From Basidiobolus meristosporus CBS 931.73 (Eukaryota > Fungi > Basidiobolomycota), in assembly GCA_002104905.1 (NCBI GenBank), contig MCFE01000440.1, forward strand, positions 10,275 through 74,274: 64,000 nucleotides of DNA. The letters are read 5' to 3'. How positions within the stretch are numbered: the first letter of the stretch is position 1; every line of letters begins with the position of its first letter. The notes under the pieces are model-generated. The model had not been told where the DNA came from and searched no databases. It saw nothing but the letters and a program-made list of their open reading frames with translations. The position numbers were made by a program, and so were the translations under genes. Of this stretch, positions 60,925-64,000 are shown in pieces.

Positions 60925-63101
60925 AATTCTTTATCACATAGCATAGATTATGCCATATCTACTATTGTTCTACTTGCATGTTCTGTTACTCCATTTGGCT
61001 GTGGAGTATGTGGAACAGTGGTTTGTTGATGTATACCAGTAAATGAGCAGTATTCCCCTCCATTGTTGCTTCAGAGTACCTGCAATTTACACCCAATTTA
61101 TGACTCTGCCCTGTTTTTGAAATATTAAGCATCTCTACAGCCTCATTCTTAGTTTTTAGGAGGTACACCGATATATATCTTGTCTTGTCTTCAGTAAACA
61201 TCATAAAGTATCTCTTGGCTCCAAATGACAGTGTTCTCATGAGCACACATATGTCTGAATGTACCTTAGCAAATATTCTGGTGGTGCTGATGCCTCCTGA
61301 GCTCCTGGATGTTGCCTAGCTTGTTTGCCATATGAACATCCCTTACAGACACTCAATTAGATTTGAGTTGAGTAATTGAGGCCAAAATCAAGCTGATTTT
61401 TCACCAGTTGGCACATTTCCTGTTCCACAATGTGTCATAGCCTCCCATTCCACATCTCCCAGTTAGTCTTATCAGTTTCAGCAATGTTGGCATACTCAGG
61501 TACAATGATCTTGCAAAATAACTTGTATAGATTGTGATCCCTGATATCCCAAGCTAATTTTTGTCTGCTTTTGCTCAATGTTGAGCAGTGCAGCTTGGCA
61601 AAAGCAATTCCAGTCCCTGAGCAGTTGCTTTACTGACTGAGGGTAGGTTCTTGGCTATTCCAGATGCATAAAGTATGCCAGTCAGATTTGCTGTAGTAGC
61701 CCCAGATATATGAATCATATTTAGTATTTTAGACCCATTAGCGGTAGCTTTCAGTGCAGAGTTGTCTTGCAGATAAGCCTTTCTTAAGGGAATAGTCTAT
61801 AAGTTGCTGAACCACTCCTATATACCACAAATATGCTGTGATGTTACAGAGTAAAAATACCATTCATTAGTTTGGTTACTTGCACTCTCTTGTACATTTA
61901 CAAATAGCTGTTCTTCAGTTATTATATGATTTGCCTGCTCTAGTTTCTGTTTTTTGTCTGCTTGTTTCTTCTTGCATTCTCTCGCATAGTGTCCTGGCTT
62001 CTTACAGTAATTACAGCAACCAGGTTTTCTTTGGTTTTGTTGCTTTCTCTTCTTTTCTTTGTCCCTTTATGAGCTGAATAAAGCATTGTCTTCAATTTTC
62101 TCTGCTGGATTATTATGTCTGAGTTCCTGATGTAGAAGTCTTCCTTTGACATAGTTTGAAGTCAAATTGTCTTCTCTGCTTTCAAAAGAAAGTATACAGG
62201 GTCATACCTGCCTGGTAGGCTACAACGCAAATAGAGTATCCTTTCTTCATCATCTACACCAGCATTGATAATGTAAAGATCTTCCGCTAGTGTCTCCCTT
62301 CTGGTAATAACTTGTATCATGTCATCATCTGGCTTCTTCCTCATATTGAAGAACTTTTGTTTTGAATGATGCTTGCTTGATACAGATTTGCTCCAGAGAT
62401 TATCTCCAAGGATTCCCATGCTGCTTTGGCAGTATTTGAAGCATGAATTTGTCCAATGTTGGAATCTTGCACTTTGAGAGGTAAAGCATTGAAGGCCTTT
62501 CTCTCCTTTTCTTAAAACTACTCCACTTTTTCTACTGTTCCTTTGGGCGCAACCTCTCTTGTTGTTACTATATTGCAAAGCTTTCTTTCCTCAAGGTGGA
62601 TCTATATCTTGATTTGCCAAAGTCTGTATTTCTTCCCATCAAGCCTCTCCTTTACAAGGAAGATGTTTGTATTATTCTGTTGGCTGGTAGAAGTCCTCTT
62701 ATTGATAGATTAAGGCAATTGGGGCTCATAACCTGTTGCCTCTAAGAAGTGATTAGGATATAATGAACTTATCAAGATGTAGTGATAATAGTTGAACTAT
62801 TGTTTATTCACAAAGAAGCTCAGTATTTATACCTTTGTAGAAGTAATACACCTGTAACACTGGGTAATGAGGGTTTCTCAATATTCAGGAGCATTTGGTA
62901 ACAGCCTCAGGGTTAGTACGTAATGCTTGGTAAAAGTGCTAATTTGATCTTGACTATATGAGAATAATCATACAATTATAGATCTATAGAATTTGGCAAA
63001 GTTAGGGCTGTAGATTAGTCCTACAGTAACCAAGACTAGCCTAGAATTGTTAAGTAAGTTTTTAGTGGCTTAATGATACCAAATAGTGCAATGTTTAAAC
63101 A

Positions 63102-64000
63102 GAAAACTCCACCAGTTCCAGATCAGATCTGATTATCCCTATTAAACAGTATACCAGAATCAGAAATGAGTCAGGATTGAGGTGGCAGTCATCTAATGCC
63201 CATAAAGCAGCTTATTCACCCATTTGTGCCAAACTTCAGAATCCAGACCCAGCAATACAAAATCCAGCTGCAACAATAGGACCACTAACAATGCAGGAAG
63301 AGGACCAATTACTGATCTGGGCACTAACATGGAAACTGGTAGAATTACCAAATGGTAGAAAGACAACAGGATGTAGATGGGCCTGGAAGAGCAAGAAAAC
63401 TACAAATGGTAGTATTGATACATTCAAAGCTAGATTGGTAGCTGAAGTCTATTCCCAGCTCCAGGAACTAGACTTTGAGGAAACAATAGCTCTGGTAGCA
63501 AACTCTACTTGATTAGGACAGTTCTAGTCCTGGCAACTGTGCACAGTGTAGTTCTACACCAAATGAATGACAAAATAACATGCTCAAAATAGGATCTGCA
63601 TGAAATTCTATATATAGGGCAATCAGAAGTTATTACCAGTCCAAGAGGTCCCTACATGGTATGCACACTTGGGAAATTGCTATATAGGCTTGAACAAGCA
63701 GCTGGAGTATGGTATAACTAGATTGACACATATCCAGAGGTGATTGCATTTGGTTGTAGCACTGCAGATCACAGTATGTATATGAAACAAGACTACTTTA
63801 GAAAGTTGGATATCAAAGATCCTGGAAATTGAGCTATCTTCTTGAAGCCAAAGTCAAATTTGACATGCCTATGAAGATAACTATGCAGAATCAGTCTTAG
63901 TACATCAGGGACATCAGCAGAAGCTTAAAAATGGGAAATTGTAAGCCTGCAGCCACCAAAATGGATATTAATCTAAATTTGAGTAAATCTCAGCCAGCTA
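63102..64000 (+). mobile_element. Heavily decayed family B internal fragment (IN-RT linker and RT)
   Basis: Colinear with B1 from ~58850 onward. ORF 63177-63512 contains TWKLVELPNGRKTTGCRW...FKARLVA. Confidence 0.85.

Larger units (their letters stand above)
44786..63101 (-). mobile_element. Old copia family B element B0 (5' LTR 62734-63101, PBS 62722-62733, 3' LTR 44786-45154), split by A2, G2 and B1
   Basis: Segments 60925-62733, 55638-56240, 50008-51364 and 45155-45322 are consecutive reverse-complement matches to B1. Net length after removing inserts and TSDs is 4660 bp versus 4684 bp for B1. Confidence 0.9.

Overview
Eukaryotic, most likely fungal, DNA. The evidence is a GT..CTAAC..AG intron, a sugar-porter gene and fungal-type transposons; an early-diverging lineage is my inference only. 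Two small CpG-rich gene islands (~1.8-6.2 kb and ~22.0-25.9 kb) hold a two-exon GLUT-like MFS sugar transporter and a 69-aa putative mitochondrial membrane microprotein. The rest is a CpG-depleted pile of nested transposons. It includes two Ty1/copia families (A and B) whose primer-binding sites match a half tRNA-iMet: one family A copy has identical LTRs and an unbroken ORF, and other copies are decayed. There are two Ty3/gypsy relics (one with a chromodomain), solo LTRs of a third LTR family, a PIF/Harbinger (PHIS) DDE_Tnp_4 element with two 733-bp foldback derivatives, and a CACTA/CMC system (transposase relic, ~320-bp MITEs and a multi-copy accessory ORF with internal repeats). The right third of the window is one old copia element broken by three later insertions, each with a readable target-site duplication (TSD). 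Substitutions between paired copies are dominated by CpG>TpG/CpA, pointing to CpG-methylation-driven decay. All alignments and counts were done by eye, and boundaries marked ~ are approximate. No rRNA, tRNA or CRISPR array was recognised.
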